From positions 1 through 48,042 of the forward strand of contig CAIYNF010000158.1 in assembly GCA_903927505.1 (NCBI GenBank): a stretch of 48,042 nucleotides of DNA, read 5' to 3'. The stretch is from an uncultured Bacteroidota bacterium. GTDB taxonomy: Bacteria > Bacteroidota > Bacteroidia > UKL13-3. A program made the position numbers and the translations under genes. How positions within the stretch are numbered: position 1 is the stretch's first letter; each line of letters starts with the position of its first letter. The notes beneath the pieces were generated by a model that saw only the letters and a list, made by a program, of their open reading frames with translations, did no database searches and was not told the DNA's origin. Shown here in pieces: positions 8,939 through 18,672 of this stretch.

Positions 8939-11900
8939 TTAGAATGTATCAAAATCCGCAGGACGCATGATTCCGAAAAATTTAATTACACGTTCACCTA
9001 TTCCATCTGCATATACATGCACCAAATAAACGCCACTTGAAATTGGCACACCTGCGTCGTTTTTCAAATTCCAATCCAAATAGGTTTTGCTGTCATCGTC
9101 TTTTTTAATTCTACGAATCAAGAAACCACCTTGGGTATAAATTGAAACCACACATTTTTTAGGTAGGTTAATGATTTTAACTCTGGTGTCTAATTGGTTT
9201 CCTGGATCTTCATAACCTGCATAGGCATAATATGGATTTGGAGTAACAGAAACCATATCCAAAGCAGTTTTACCAGATTCTTTCCCTCCAGCAATTGGCG
9301 CTAAACCAGCAGTAGAGAAAGTATACAATGGCACACCTTTATTTAACAAAGTATCTGTAGCCGTTTGGTTAATTGAAGAATAAGGACGCTTAACATTTAA
9401 GTTAATCTTTACATCACAAGGTAGACTGCCATTTGAAGTTAAATCGCCTAAGAATGTTTTTGGAGAAACCAATGTCATACTCACCCACATTGCTTGAGAA
9501 TAGATATAACGCATATTCAAAGTAACACCTGTACCATTTTCAATTTTGGTATACAACTCATTGTAATTGGCACACTCATCGTAATGCGGACCATTATACA
9601 ACACCGGACCGGTAGGTAAAGTGCGGAATGGTTTTGCCCCCATTACATAAATATGGTGTTTTCCACCCATCATATAATCTAAACCAGCAGGTGTACCTGT
9701 AACCAAATGGCTTGTAGGATTCCAAATCATATCTGTTCCATTTTCTAATGGCAATGATGAATCTTCTGCAAACATGATATTTAAACGCTCGCCCGTTTCT
9801 TTATTAATTGCATAACCAGGGAACCAACTCATACCTGTTCCAGACCCATCTGGTTTACCATCTTTACCAACAGATTGAGATTTTCTTCTGGTCATTTTTG
9901 CTGCACCACCAATTGTTAAGGCAGGGTTTTCTCCAGCTTCAACTACCACACATCTCGACCATTTAGATTTATCAGCTGTAATAACAACTAAAGTACTTCT
10001 TAAATCAGACAATGGGTTATCTGCTGAGTATCCACCACTACTTGCAGCCCAAGCTGGACCATAAGTTGGTTGTGGCGTTATGGCTCTTGCTGCCAAACTA
10101 TATGGAGCCCAAGTACCATCAATTAATTTACTGTATTGTCTTCTAGGGTCGATAGGGCGTTTAGCACCTGATGGACCATCTGCAAAGTCATGCTCGTAAG
10201 GATTTCCAAAGCCAGGAGTACCTGTATTACCAGATCTAATCCAGTTAAATGGAACCAAAGAAGCCATTTCATCTTGTATACCAACCATCCAACGGTCTAC
10301 AGGATTTGCATATTCAATAGTTGCAGATAAAAATCCATTTGCATCATCCGTTGGGTCATCTGGGTGACCAGGACCAACAACTTGACTTACCGTTAAGCTT
10401 AGACCTAAATCTACAAATATTTGCTCATTGTGTCGGTTAATTTTAGCTTCACCTGTATCTACTTTACCTGTGGTCAAATTTGTCAAAGTCCAAATAGTTG
10501 AATCACCTGTTAAGGTATCAGATTTAAATTTAGAACGCGATTGATCAATCATTCTCAATTCAAAATCTGCACTTGGTACTTTAAATGGATCTATTACTTT
10601 AACTATTACAGGACCATTACCTCTAGCAAATGTTGGGTTTGGCACATAGTAAGGAGCTAATAATGCTTTTTCAATACTTTCTTTTGTTAACGACAATGCA
10701 TTTCCGCCATTACCCAATCCTTCAATACGGGTAATTTCTGGGCCATCGCCCCATGAAGTATTTAATACAATACCTTGTTGGTGTGGAGTAGGTTTATGCG
10801 GTGTTCCTGTCCAAACAGTAATACCAGAACCATCCACCATTTTTCTACCTGCCAAATATTGCAAGGCATCGCTGGTACAATTAGTAGCGCTCGCATAAGC
10901 CACCAAAAGGAAATAATAATTTTGGAAGTTAACCAAGCTTTGGTCAGACAATTTAGAGAAAGCATCTTTAGAAATTTTGAAACTATGTCTAATTCCTTTG
11001 TCTTCTCCAGTAACCATAATTTTCTTCACCGATCCTAAATCGGCATCGTTAACAATGTTTACTATTAAACCACTACCATCCAAAATATCACATTGCGCTA
11101 CAGGAATAGCTTCATCTAAATTATATAAATCACTCGGAATTGAATTTTTCTTCAATTGGAAGATTTGGTAACCTTGGAATTTATAAACAGTTTTACTGGT
11201 ACATAAACCTGCCGATGAATCTGAATAATTTTCAGTTGTTTTATAGTTAGTAATGTTTAAGATAATTTCTTTGTCTAGTTCTACCACATCAATTGTAGGT
11301 ACACGAGGACCATCAACAATATTGAAATTGTTTTTGTAAAGTACATATGCTTTATCTGAAGCTTCTTTTAACAAGTTAAATGAACCAGTTGCTCCACCTG
11401 TTGTTGCTCTTGCCCATACAACGGCAACAGTAACTTGGTTTTTAGAACCCGGCAACAAACTAAAGGTACCAGCAGTTTGTAAAAATCTGCGGTCACCCGG
11501 ATTATTTCCAGCAATTCTTTCAGTCCAATCTGCACGGCCAATTGGATCTGTTTTACCAGGGAACATGAAACTAGCAGTATCTGTTCCACCACGGCCATTG
11601 CCACCATAAGTGATATTTAAACCATCTTTCCATCTACCGTTTAGGTAATTCCAATAATGCTCAGGGCGGGTAGGATTACCAGTAATTGAAAAGTCGTTGT
11701 TATAATAAACAAACTTTGTTAAACCAATTTCAGAAGTATCTCCATTTACAATTCTGCGTGGACCTTCAAAGAAGTTTACACCAACGCTAGGTGGGTTCAA
11801 ACCGTAACCTAAAATACCTTCATCGTTATCATCGCCATTATAGCAGATACCTAAGTTTCTTTTTACATCACACTCCACATAGTCATCTGAGTAGTTACCC

Positions 11901-12811
11901 AAATCTGCATCCACCCACTGACCAAAAATACAGCTATCAATAACCTCAGTACTGCGGTTATAAATGGTTGTACGGTAGAAAGTCATGTTATTGATTTCAT
12001 CATTGGTAGAATAAGCAAAACTTTGTGTGTGCATTTCCAAACCAATTGGCAAACCTTCGGTTTCTGAGTGAATATTTCCTTTATCGTTGTAAATAGTATA
12101 CAACATCATGTCAGGAATATTCTTCAAATTATCTTGTTCAAAAGTTGGGAAGTCGCCACCATCTGCAGGATTGTAAGTACCACTTACGTCTGCATCATAA
12201 TAAGGAGCTAGGTATGTAGCCTCACCTGTTACAATTGGACCATCAGGTGATTGCACGTTACCGTTTCCTGGCCAGCTTAAAATAACCTCACTAGGCTCTT
12301 TGCTTTCAATTGGTTGGTTTTGAAATTCTTCAATTTCAGCCAAAGTAATTTTCCAGATTTTGTCGTAGAATTTGCAACGAGCAGCAGCAATAGATGCAGA
12401 ACCGTCGGTTTGTAAAGCACCTGGGTAATAATCACTACCACTTTGACGGTAGGTTTGCGCTGCAATGCGCAAGTTCCCTTGTGTTACACCACCAATCCAT
12501 AATGCACCAGAGAACAAAGAGTTCTTTGAGGTATTACCTGGTTCAACCTTAGGAATTTCATATTTGGCATTTTGCAAATTCCACCACATATCACCACCAT
12601 TTAAGATAGTAGTTCTAACGTTGTTAAGATCTAAATCTTTTTGCTGTGTTGCTGCTGCACAACCGGCACCCATTTTGTGCAAATTTGGCTGAGCACTTTT
12701 TCTTAGCATTCCAATATTCTCTTTGGCAAAACCTGCGTGGCTTGCAAAAAGCAATCCAAGCGCCACTAGAGACGTTTTAATAAAACTGGTATTCATCTTA
12801 TTCATGGTCAT
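8939..12811 (-). CDS. Large T9SS-secreted protein of unknown function (type A-like CTD)
   Basis: Signal peptide ending AGFA; C-terminal VTPNPYY...IINLP..C..SIYT..G.LIR...WNLKN..G.PISSGVYLVHV. The true start may be one of the downstream Met codons. Confidence 0.85.
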   Translation of the reverse strand: MTMNKMNTSFIKTSLVALGLLFASHAGFAKENIGMLRKSAQPNLHKMGAGCAAATQQKDLDLNNVRTTILNGGDMWWNLQNAKYEIPKVEPGNTSKNSLFSGALWIGGVTQGNLRIAAQTYRQSGSDYYPGALQTDGSASIAAARCKFYDKIWKITLAEIEEFQNQPIESKEPSEVILSWPGNGNVQSPDGPIVTGEATYLAPYYDADVSGTYNPADGGDFPTFEQDNLKNIPDMMLYTIYNDKGNIHSETEGLPIGLEMHTQSFAYSTNDEINNMTFYRTTIYNRSTEVIDSCIFGQWVDADLGNYSDDYVECDVKRNLGICYNGDDNDEGILGYGLNPPSVGVNFFEGPRRIVNGDTSEIGLTKFVYYNNDFSITGNPTRPEHYWNYLNGRWKDGLNITYGGNGRGGTDTASFMFPGKTDPIGRADWTERIAGNNPGDRRFLQTAGTFSLLPGSKNQVTVAVVWARATTGGATGSFNLLKEASDKAYVLYKNNFNIVDGPRVPTIDVVELDKEIILNITNYKTTENYSDSSAGLCTSKTVYKFQGYQIFQLKKNSIPSDLYNLDEAIPVAQCDILDGSGLIVNIVNDADLGSVKKIMVTGEDKGIRHSFKISKDAFSKLSDQSLVNFQNYYFLLVAYASATNCTSDALQYLAGRKMVDGSGITVWTGTPHKPTPHQQGIVLNTSWGDGPEITRIEGLGNGGNALSLTKESIEKALLAPYYVPNPTFARGNGPVIVKVIDPFKVPSADFELRMIDQSRSKFKSDTLTGDSTIWTLTNLTTGKVDTGEAKINRHNEQIFVDLGLSLTVSQVVGPGHPDDPTDDANGFLSATIEYANPVDRWMVGIQDEMASLVPFNWIRSGNTGTPGFGNPYEHDFADGPSGAKRPIDPRRQYSKLIDGTWAPYSLAARAITPQPTYGPAWAASSGGYSADNPLSDLRSTLVVITADKSKWSRCVVVEAGENPALTIGGAAKMTRRKSQSVGKDGKPDGSGTGMSWFPGYAINKETGERLNIMFAEDSSLPLENGTDMIWNPTSHLVTGTPAGLDYMMGGKHHIYVMGAKPFRTLPTGPVLYNGPHYDECANYNELYTKIENGTGVTLNMRYIYSQAMWVSMTLVSPKTFLGDLTSNGSLPCDVKINLNVKRPYSSINQTATDTLLNKGVPLYTFSTAGLAPIAGGKESGKTALDMVSVTPNPYYAYAGYEDPGNQLDTRVKIINLPKKCVVSIYTQGGFLIRRIKKDDDSKTYLDWNLKNDAGVPISSGVYLVHVYADGIGERVIKFFGIMRPADFDTF

Positions 12812-12840
12812 TTTCTTTTTCTTTTTTTAAACAATATGGT

Positions 12841-15800
12841 TTAGAAATATAAAGCCAAACCTAAACGCGTTAACCTAGGCAACATAAATCTGTCTGGGTT
12901 AATCATTCTGATATTGTATAAGTCAACATAAGACTGCTGATTGGTTGCAACCTCTTTTTGTTCTTGTGAAGCTGGTGAAGCCAAAAATCCATCATTATAG
13001 GCAGAACCGGTATAACGGTATACTGAAGTTACATTTGCTGTGTTCAATAAGTTTTGAACCATTACAAAGGCACGCAATCTATATACTGTTGTAGAACCAT
13101 CTATTTTCTTTTGTTTGAAAATAAAGTTTTTATCAATGTTCAAATCAACGTTTATCTGTGCTGGTAAATTTGCCCCGTTTGGAGTTCCTTTTACCGGGCT
13201 TCTCACAACCACGCCACTTTGCACACCACCTGGTGTTGGGTTTAAATCTTGGGTATATGGACGGCCAGAGTATGATGTAAAAATAAAGTTGAAACCAGCA
13301 TTTTCAAAAATTTTCTTGCCATTTACAATTGGACCATTGTATTCTTTTCCTTCTTTATAATGGTAGTCGAAAATAGCTTTGAAAGTATGACGGGTATCAA
13401 AATCCAATGGAATTAATGTACGCAATGATGGCATACCTACTTGGATCAATGCACTTGCCGAGTTGGCGTTTGAACCAGTTCCATCTGCAAACATCAATTG
13501 GTAATTGGCAGTAATAGTTACATTGCCTAAATCTCTCACATTGTATTCTAATCCTAAACTTTTTGTAGTTGAAAAGTCTAAGTTACCATAAGTGGTATAA
13601 TCATTTGGCCAAGATTGTACATAACGGTACAATTGCTCTAGGTTCTTAATTTCACTGTATGAAGCAATAATAGACAATGCGGCATCTTGACCAATTTGTT
13701 GACGGAAACCAATTTCATAATCGGTTTTTTGACGCATTTTCAAATTTGGATTGGCAATGGCGCCACCACTCAAACGATTTTGCAAATAGAAATAATCATC
13801 AATCTGACCAACATTGGCTCCTGGTCTTTGGGTTAAGATATCATAAGTACCAAAGAACTGAGAAGTTGTTGAAATTGGGAATGAGAACCAGATACGAGGT
13901 AAAATTTTCAAATCTGGTTTATAATCTGTAAACGAAGAGGCTGTAGGTAATTGAGGATTTTTAGGATCAACCAAATAAGGCATATTTCTGTTTGTTCCTG
14001 CATCACGTGCAATTTGTTGCGGATCAGAAATTGGATTACCATTTCTATCATACCATTTGTTACCATCACGGTAACCCATGAATTTTACATTCGACATATC
14101 ACCCAATTGTTGGTCTGGGTCTTTGTTGATATAAGGAACAAAATTATCGCCAATAGTGGTAGGAATGTTAGCAGCATCAGCAAATCCTTTTGCTTTTGCT
14201 TCGCCAACTGAATACAAAGGAACCATTGAATATGGATCTTTTAATACAGATTGGTTCGCATCAAAACGCTCCATACGCACACCCACACGAACAATTAAAT
14301 CTTTAAATACAAACTTGTCTTGAATCCAAGCTGCAAAATAAGTTGGTTGATAAGCCGGCAATAAACGCTTAGATGGGTCGTTTAAGAAATCTTCAATGCT
14401 CGGACGTTTTCTAGTAATATTACCTAAATGGTCATATCCGCTATAACTTACAATTGAATTACCATTGTTTAACAACTCGCTTGCATTAAACATATCCAAT
14501 GAGTAATCAGATGGTTTGTATGAGTTCACATCTAAGTATGAATATTTGTCAATTGGCTTGCCATAAGCATCAACCGCACCTTGAGCGATTAACTTATCGC
14601 GGAAGTTTTTATCGAAATTGGTTTGCTCATCGCTGATGATTTTTCTTCTAAAATCAACTGTATCGCTGAAAACACCATTTTGGTCAAATCTTAAGGTATA
14701 ACCGTTTGAATCTAATCCAGAGAACTGACGGTTAGCATATAAACGCATCACCCCCCATAAACTATTTGCACCCAATCCATAACTTCTGTTGAAACGTTGC
14801 TCTAAGTTCAAGCCCATTTGGAACTCATGTTTGGCTTTCGGATTGCTTTTTGGTGCAACGGTAAATTCACTTTGAATATATAAATTAAAAGTTTCACCCA
14901 TCGATTTGCTGTAACCAGCTTGTTGCGAACCAACATTAGCAAACATTGAAGAGTAAATACCATTTGGGGCATCTCCATTAATTAAACCACCTACTTGGCG
15001 AACAGTACCTAAGTTTCTGATATTGTTTGCTCCAAAATAGTCATAAACAGAACGGGTATAATTTCCACGAACTTCATTGTAGTTTTTGTCTTGGTCGAAA
15101 GTATAAAGGGTATCTCTAAAACCAGTATGACGGTAATAGTCTGTTAAATATAAGGTATTACCGTTTACACTAAAGGTATCGGGCCTGTCATTTATACCTT
15201 TAATTACGCGTGCGTAATTTGGTGCAGAATAGGTAGTAAACTTACCTACATAACCATAGTCGAAATAGTTTTTGCCGAAATCGGCATCCATAGATTCGCC
15301 ATAACCTCTTTCGTATGATAAACGCACAGAATAATAAGCATTGCTAATAGATGAAGGCTTTTTAGCTGCGCCGTCCTCGTCTTTTTTATCATTTTTAAAT
15401 GTTTGCGTAAACTGCAAAAATGTTCTAACGGTATAACCTCTAGAAAAACCATTCTTATCTGAATTTAACAAAGAACTATAAGAGTTCCATCCCAATCCTT
15501 GGTTATAGTTACCATAATAACCCAAACGTACATTGATATTGCTTGTTGGTTGAAAGTTAAAGTTACCATTGATATTAGCACTGGTAGAATAAACATTTTG
15601 GCGAACCGAAACTTTTTCTAAATCGTTTTTGGTGATGTATTCAGCAGCAGGAAACAAAGTACCCAATGCCCCTGGCACCAGAGGCGTTCCTTGAATTTGT
15701 TTCATTTTATCAGCTTTCACTTTGTATAAATCTACAGCCGATAAACTCTTAGAATAGGTAATATCTCCAGAAATTAAAAAACCTACAATAACACGTTCTT

Positions 15801-16623
15801 CATTTCCTCTACCTTTATTAATGGTTTTAATAGGGCCAGAAACAAAACCTTGAAAGTTATTGTATTGGCTATTGTCTAAATATCCAGTGAAAGGAGAAGC
15901 TGAAGTAATTTCAAAACCTCTGTTGAAATTTTTTGTAGGAGCCTTAGTTGTAATACTAATTGCACCACCCACAAAGTCGCCATATTGCGCAGGCGTACCA
16001 CCTGTAATAACCTGAATTTGATCAATGGCATTGGCAGGAATACTTGCAGCACCAGCATTTACGCGCACGCCATCAATATAATAAGCAGTACCATCTGCAC
16101 GTGCTCCACGGAAATTTGGTGTACTACCACCGCGGGTGTCTACCCCTAAAGTTGTACCAGCAATAGAGTTCACAGAACGCGTACCCAATGCCAAAATTTC
16201 TTTGGTAGTTTTCACATCGCCTTTTACCCCTCCTGGATCAACCAATTGCTTTTTGAAAGTAACTTTTACTTCCTTGTAAATGTTACCATCTGAAGGTTCC
16301 ATGCTAAAATTAACAAAACGGTCACCCTCTGGCTCAACTGTAATGTTTTCAATTACAGAATTGTTGTAACCTATATAGGTAGCATATAAGTCATACTCGC
16401 CTGGCTGTAAGGTTTTAACAACAAACCCTCCATCATCATCCGTTTTGGCAGTACCTTTTACCACACCATTTAACTTAACGGTGATACTCACAAAATCCAT
16501 AGGTTTTTTGGTTTTGCCATCTTTTACCGTACCACGGATGGTACCCATACCCGATTGGGCATAAAGGGCAAATTGGAAGCCAAAAAGAACCACGAGCAAA
16601 ATGTATATTTTCTTCATTGACAT
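12841..16623 (-). CDS. Large TonB-dependent receptor with N-terminal carboxypeptidase-regulatory-like domain
   Basis: GTI.G.V.D..T N-domain; plug motifs FRGAR...T.YYIDGV and VITGG.PAQYGD..GG.ISITTK; NPNLK, DYEIGF; C-terminal Phe. Confidence 0.92.
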   Translation of the reverse strand: MSMKKIYILLVVLFGFQFALYAQSGMGTIRGTVKDGKTKKPMDFVSITVKLNGVVKGTAKTDDDGGFVVKTLQPGEYDLYATYIGYNNSVIENITVEPEGDRFVNFSMEPSDGNIYKEVKVTFKKQLVDPGGVKGDVKTTKEILALGTRSVNSIAGTTLGVDTRGGSTPNFRGARADGTAYYIDGVRVNAGAASIPANAIDQIQVITGGTPAQYGDFVGGAISITTKAPTKNFNRGFEITSASPFTGYLDNSQYNNFQGFVSGPIKTINKGRGNEERVIVGFLISGDITYSKSLSAVDLYKVKADKMKQIQGTPLVPGALGTLFPAAEYITKNDLEKVSVRQNVYSTSANINGNFNFQPTSNINVRLGYYGNYNQGLGWNSYSSLLNSDKNGFSRGYTVRTFLQFTQTFKNDKKDEDGAAKKPSSISNAYYSVRLSYERGYGESMDADFGKNYFDYGYVGKFTTYSAPNYARVIKGINDRPDTFSVNGNTLYLTDYYRHTGFRDTLYTFDQDKNYNEVRGNYTRSVYDYFGANNIRNLGTVRQVGGLINGDAPNGIYSSMFANVGSQQAGYSKSMGETFNLYIQSEFTVAPKSNPKAKHEFQMGLNLEQRFNRSYGLGANSLWGVMRLYANRQFSGLDSNGYTLRFDQNGVFSDTVDFRRKIISDEQTNFDKNFRDKLIAQGAVDAYGKPIDKYSYLDVNSYKPSDYSLDMFNASELLNNGNSIVSYSGYDHLGNITRKRPSIEDFLNDPSKRLLPAYQPTYFAAWIQDKFVFKDLIVRVGVRMERFDANQSVLKDPYSMVPLYSVGEAKAKGFADAANIPTTIGDNFVPYINKDPDQQLGDMSNVKFMGYRDGNKWYDRNGNPISDPQQIARDAGTNRNMPYLVDPKNPQLPTASSFTDYKPDLKILPRIWFSFPISTTSQFFGTYDILTQRPGANVGQIDDYFYLQNRLSGGAIANPNLKMRQKTDYEIGFRQQIGQDAALSIIASYSEIKNLEQLYRYVQSWPNDYTTYGNLDFSTTKSLGLEYNVRDLGNVTITANYQLMFADGTGSNANSASALIQVGMPSLRTLIPLDFDTRHTFKAIFDYHYKEGKEYNGPIVNGKKIFENAGFNFIFTSYSGRPYTQDLNPTPGGVQSGVVVRSPVKGTPNGANLPAQINVDLNIDKNFIFKQKKIDGSTTVYRLRAFVMVQNLLNTANVTSVYRYTGSAYNDGFLASPASQEQKEVATNQQSYVDLYNIRMINPDRFMLPRLTRLGLALYF

Positions 16624-16726
16624 AGAATTTACTATTTAGAAACAATTATTTAAGAGCGGTAAAATAAAGTAGTTATATTGAAAATAACAATATCTATTTA
16701 CGGACGAATGCCTTTTGGGGATATTT

Positions 16727-17686
16727 TTAGCTAAAAGTGAGCAACTTAAGCAATAAAACGTTGGAAATTTTGTGATAACTTTCTTTGGTCCACCCCCCAA
16801 TATGAGGTGTAAGTATCACTTTTTCGTTTTGTGACAAATAAGTAAACTCCTCAAATTCGGTCGAATTTAGATTTTTCAAATCCTCATTTTCGAGCACATC
16901 CAATGCACATGAATTAATTTTTCCAATTTTTAAAGCTTCAATTAAAGCATTTGTATGAACTACTTTTCCTCTGCTCAAATTTAAAAGGGTAAAATCTTTT
17001 TTAAACTGCGCAATTTTGGTTCGATCCAAATAGTACTTTGTTTCACTTGTTAATGGCACGTGAAAGGAAAGAATATCTGCCGCTTCATAAATTTCTTCCC
17101 AATTACTTTCTTTCACTATTGCCGAACCAAAACCATGCAAATATTTATCGTAAGCGAGTATTTGAACGCCCATGCCACTTAACTTTTGTGCAAATGCTTT
17201 TCCTGTATTTCCATAACCAATTATGGCAATGGTTTTTCCTGCCAATTCCACACCTCTATTTGCTTCTCTTAGCCATATCTTTTGCCTCACTTCAAAAAAG
17301 GCTTTAGCCAACTTATTATTGAGCATTAGCAACAAACCTAAAGCATGCTCTCCAACAGCATCTGAATTGGCTTCTCCAGCATTTACGCAAGTGATGTTTT
17401 GGGCATTTGCCAATTCCAAATCTATGTTGTCTAAACCTGCTCCTGCACGCGCAATAATTTTCAAATCTTTTGCAGCATTTAGTAGCTCAAAATCTACAGT
17501 GGTTTTGCTTCGAATAATTAATACTTGTTTGCCTGGCAAATTTGCAATTATTTCTCCCCTGTCTGCATCCGGTAAATAAAGAACATTACATCCAACCTCA
17601 CACAAGCCTTCTGGCAAACATGCATGCACGTCATCTACAATTAAGACATTCATACCCGCCATCCAACTATTTATCTTACCTAACAT
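16727..17686 (-). CDS. D-isomer-specific 2-hydroxyacid dehydrogenase (SerA-like)
   Basis: ARAGAGLDNID, GYGNTG Rossmann motif, HVPLT, N.SRG, LDV.E.E, TPHIGG. The start may be a few codons downstream. Confidence 0.92.
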   Translation of the reverse strand: MLGKINSWMAGMNVLIVDDVHACLPEGLCEVGCNVLYLPDADRGEIIANLPGKQVLIIRSKTTVDFELLNAAKDLKIIARAGAGLDNIDLELANAQNITCVNAGEANSDAVGEHALGLLLMLNNKLAKAFFEVRQKIWLREANRGVELAGKTIAIIGYGNTGKAFAQKLSGMGVQILAYDKYLHGFGSAIVKESNWEEIYEAADILSFHVPLTSETKYYLDRTKIAQFKKDFTLLNLSRGKVVHTNALIEALKIGKINSCALDVLENEDLKNLNSTEFEEFTYLSQNEKVILTPHIGGWTKESYHKISNVLLLKLLTFS

Positions 17687-17730
17687 TTTAATAGTAATTA
17701 ATTCTTACAAATTGGTTGCACCGCCCCTTT

Positions 17731-18513
17731 TTATTTTTGACTTTTCGAAGCTATTAAATGCGTTAATTCAAAATAATCTGCAACACTTAATTCTTCTGCA
17801 CGTTGTGTTGCAAATCTACCTAAATCTGCATCGCTTAAACCAAAAACAGCAATGGCATTTCTCAATTTTTTCCTTCTTTGGTTAAATGCAGTTTTAATAA
17901 TCTTTTTAAACAATATTTCATCACATGGCAATTCTGTAGCGATGCGTGTCATCCGAATTACCCCAGATTTTACTTTTGGAGGAGGAATAAACACATCTTC
18001 ATTTACAGTAAATAAATATTCCACATCATAAAATGCTTGTGTAATTACCGTAATAATGCCATAAGCCTTGCTTCTAGGTTTGGCCCCTATGCGCTCTGCC
18101 ACTTCTTTCTGAAACATGCCAACTAAAAATGGAACATGATTTTTATGGTCTAACACATGAAACACTATTTGGGAAGAAATATTATAAGGAAAATTGCCAA
18201 TTACAGCAACAGATTCAGGGAATTTTTCGCTTAAATTTAAATCTAAAAAACTTTCAAAAATAAGCCTGTCTTTCAATTGCGGGTAAGTAGCACTTAAGTA
18301 AGCTATAGACTCCGCATCCACCTCGGCAGCCCAAGTGGTGTTAGAACCAAAATCCAATAAATATTTAGTTAATACGCCCATACCTGGGCCAACTTCAAGA
18401 ATTGCGCCTGTAGGGTAAACAGTGCTTAATGCACTTACAATATTTTCGGCAATATTGGTATCCTTTAAAAAATGTTGACCTAAGTGTTTCTTAGCTTTAA
18501 CTGCTTGCATCAT
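17731..18513 (-). CDS. rsmA: 16S rRNA adenine dimethyltransferase RsmA/KsgA
   Basis: KKHLGQHFL, EVGPG.G, NFPYNIS, F.PPPKV.S, F.QRRK.LRN. ATG at 18513 or 18510 preferred over TTG at 18522. Confidence 0.96.
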   Translation of the reverse strand: MMQAVKAKKHLGQHFLKDTNIAENIVSALSTVYPTGAILEVGPGMGVLTKYLLDFGSNTTWAAEVDAESIAYLSATYPQLKDRLIFESFLDLNLSEKFPESVAVIGNFPYNISSQIVFHVLDHKNHVPFLVGMFQKEVAERIGAKPRSKAYGIITVITQAFYDVEYLFTVNEDVFIPPPKVKSGVIRMTRIATELPCDEILFKKIIKTAFNQRRKKLRNAIAVFGLSDADLGRFATQRAEELSVADYFELTHLIASKSQK

Positions 18514-18672
18514 GTAATGCAAATAGAAGCTATTTGTACTAAAAATTGAAGTAAAAGTCGAAAATGAGTCTATTTTAGCTAATCCTTCTTTAAATGGAAA
18601 TTGAGAATTAAAACCTTAATATTGCCAATTGGAAGCATTTGCCTCCTTTTATTAAAGCATAGCAGCACAACC

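Noticed and set aside
12841-16623. SusC of a polysaccharide utilisation locus
   Set aside because: I do not see the SusC plug signature (LKDA.A.AIYG.RA.NGV), and there is no adjacent susD or CAZyme.
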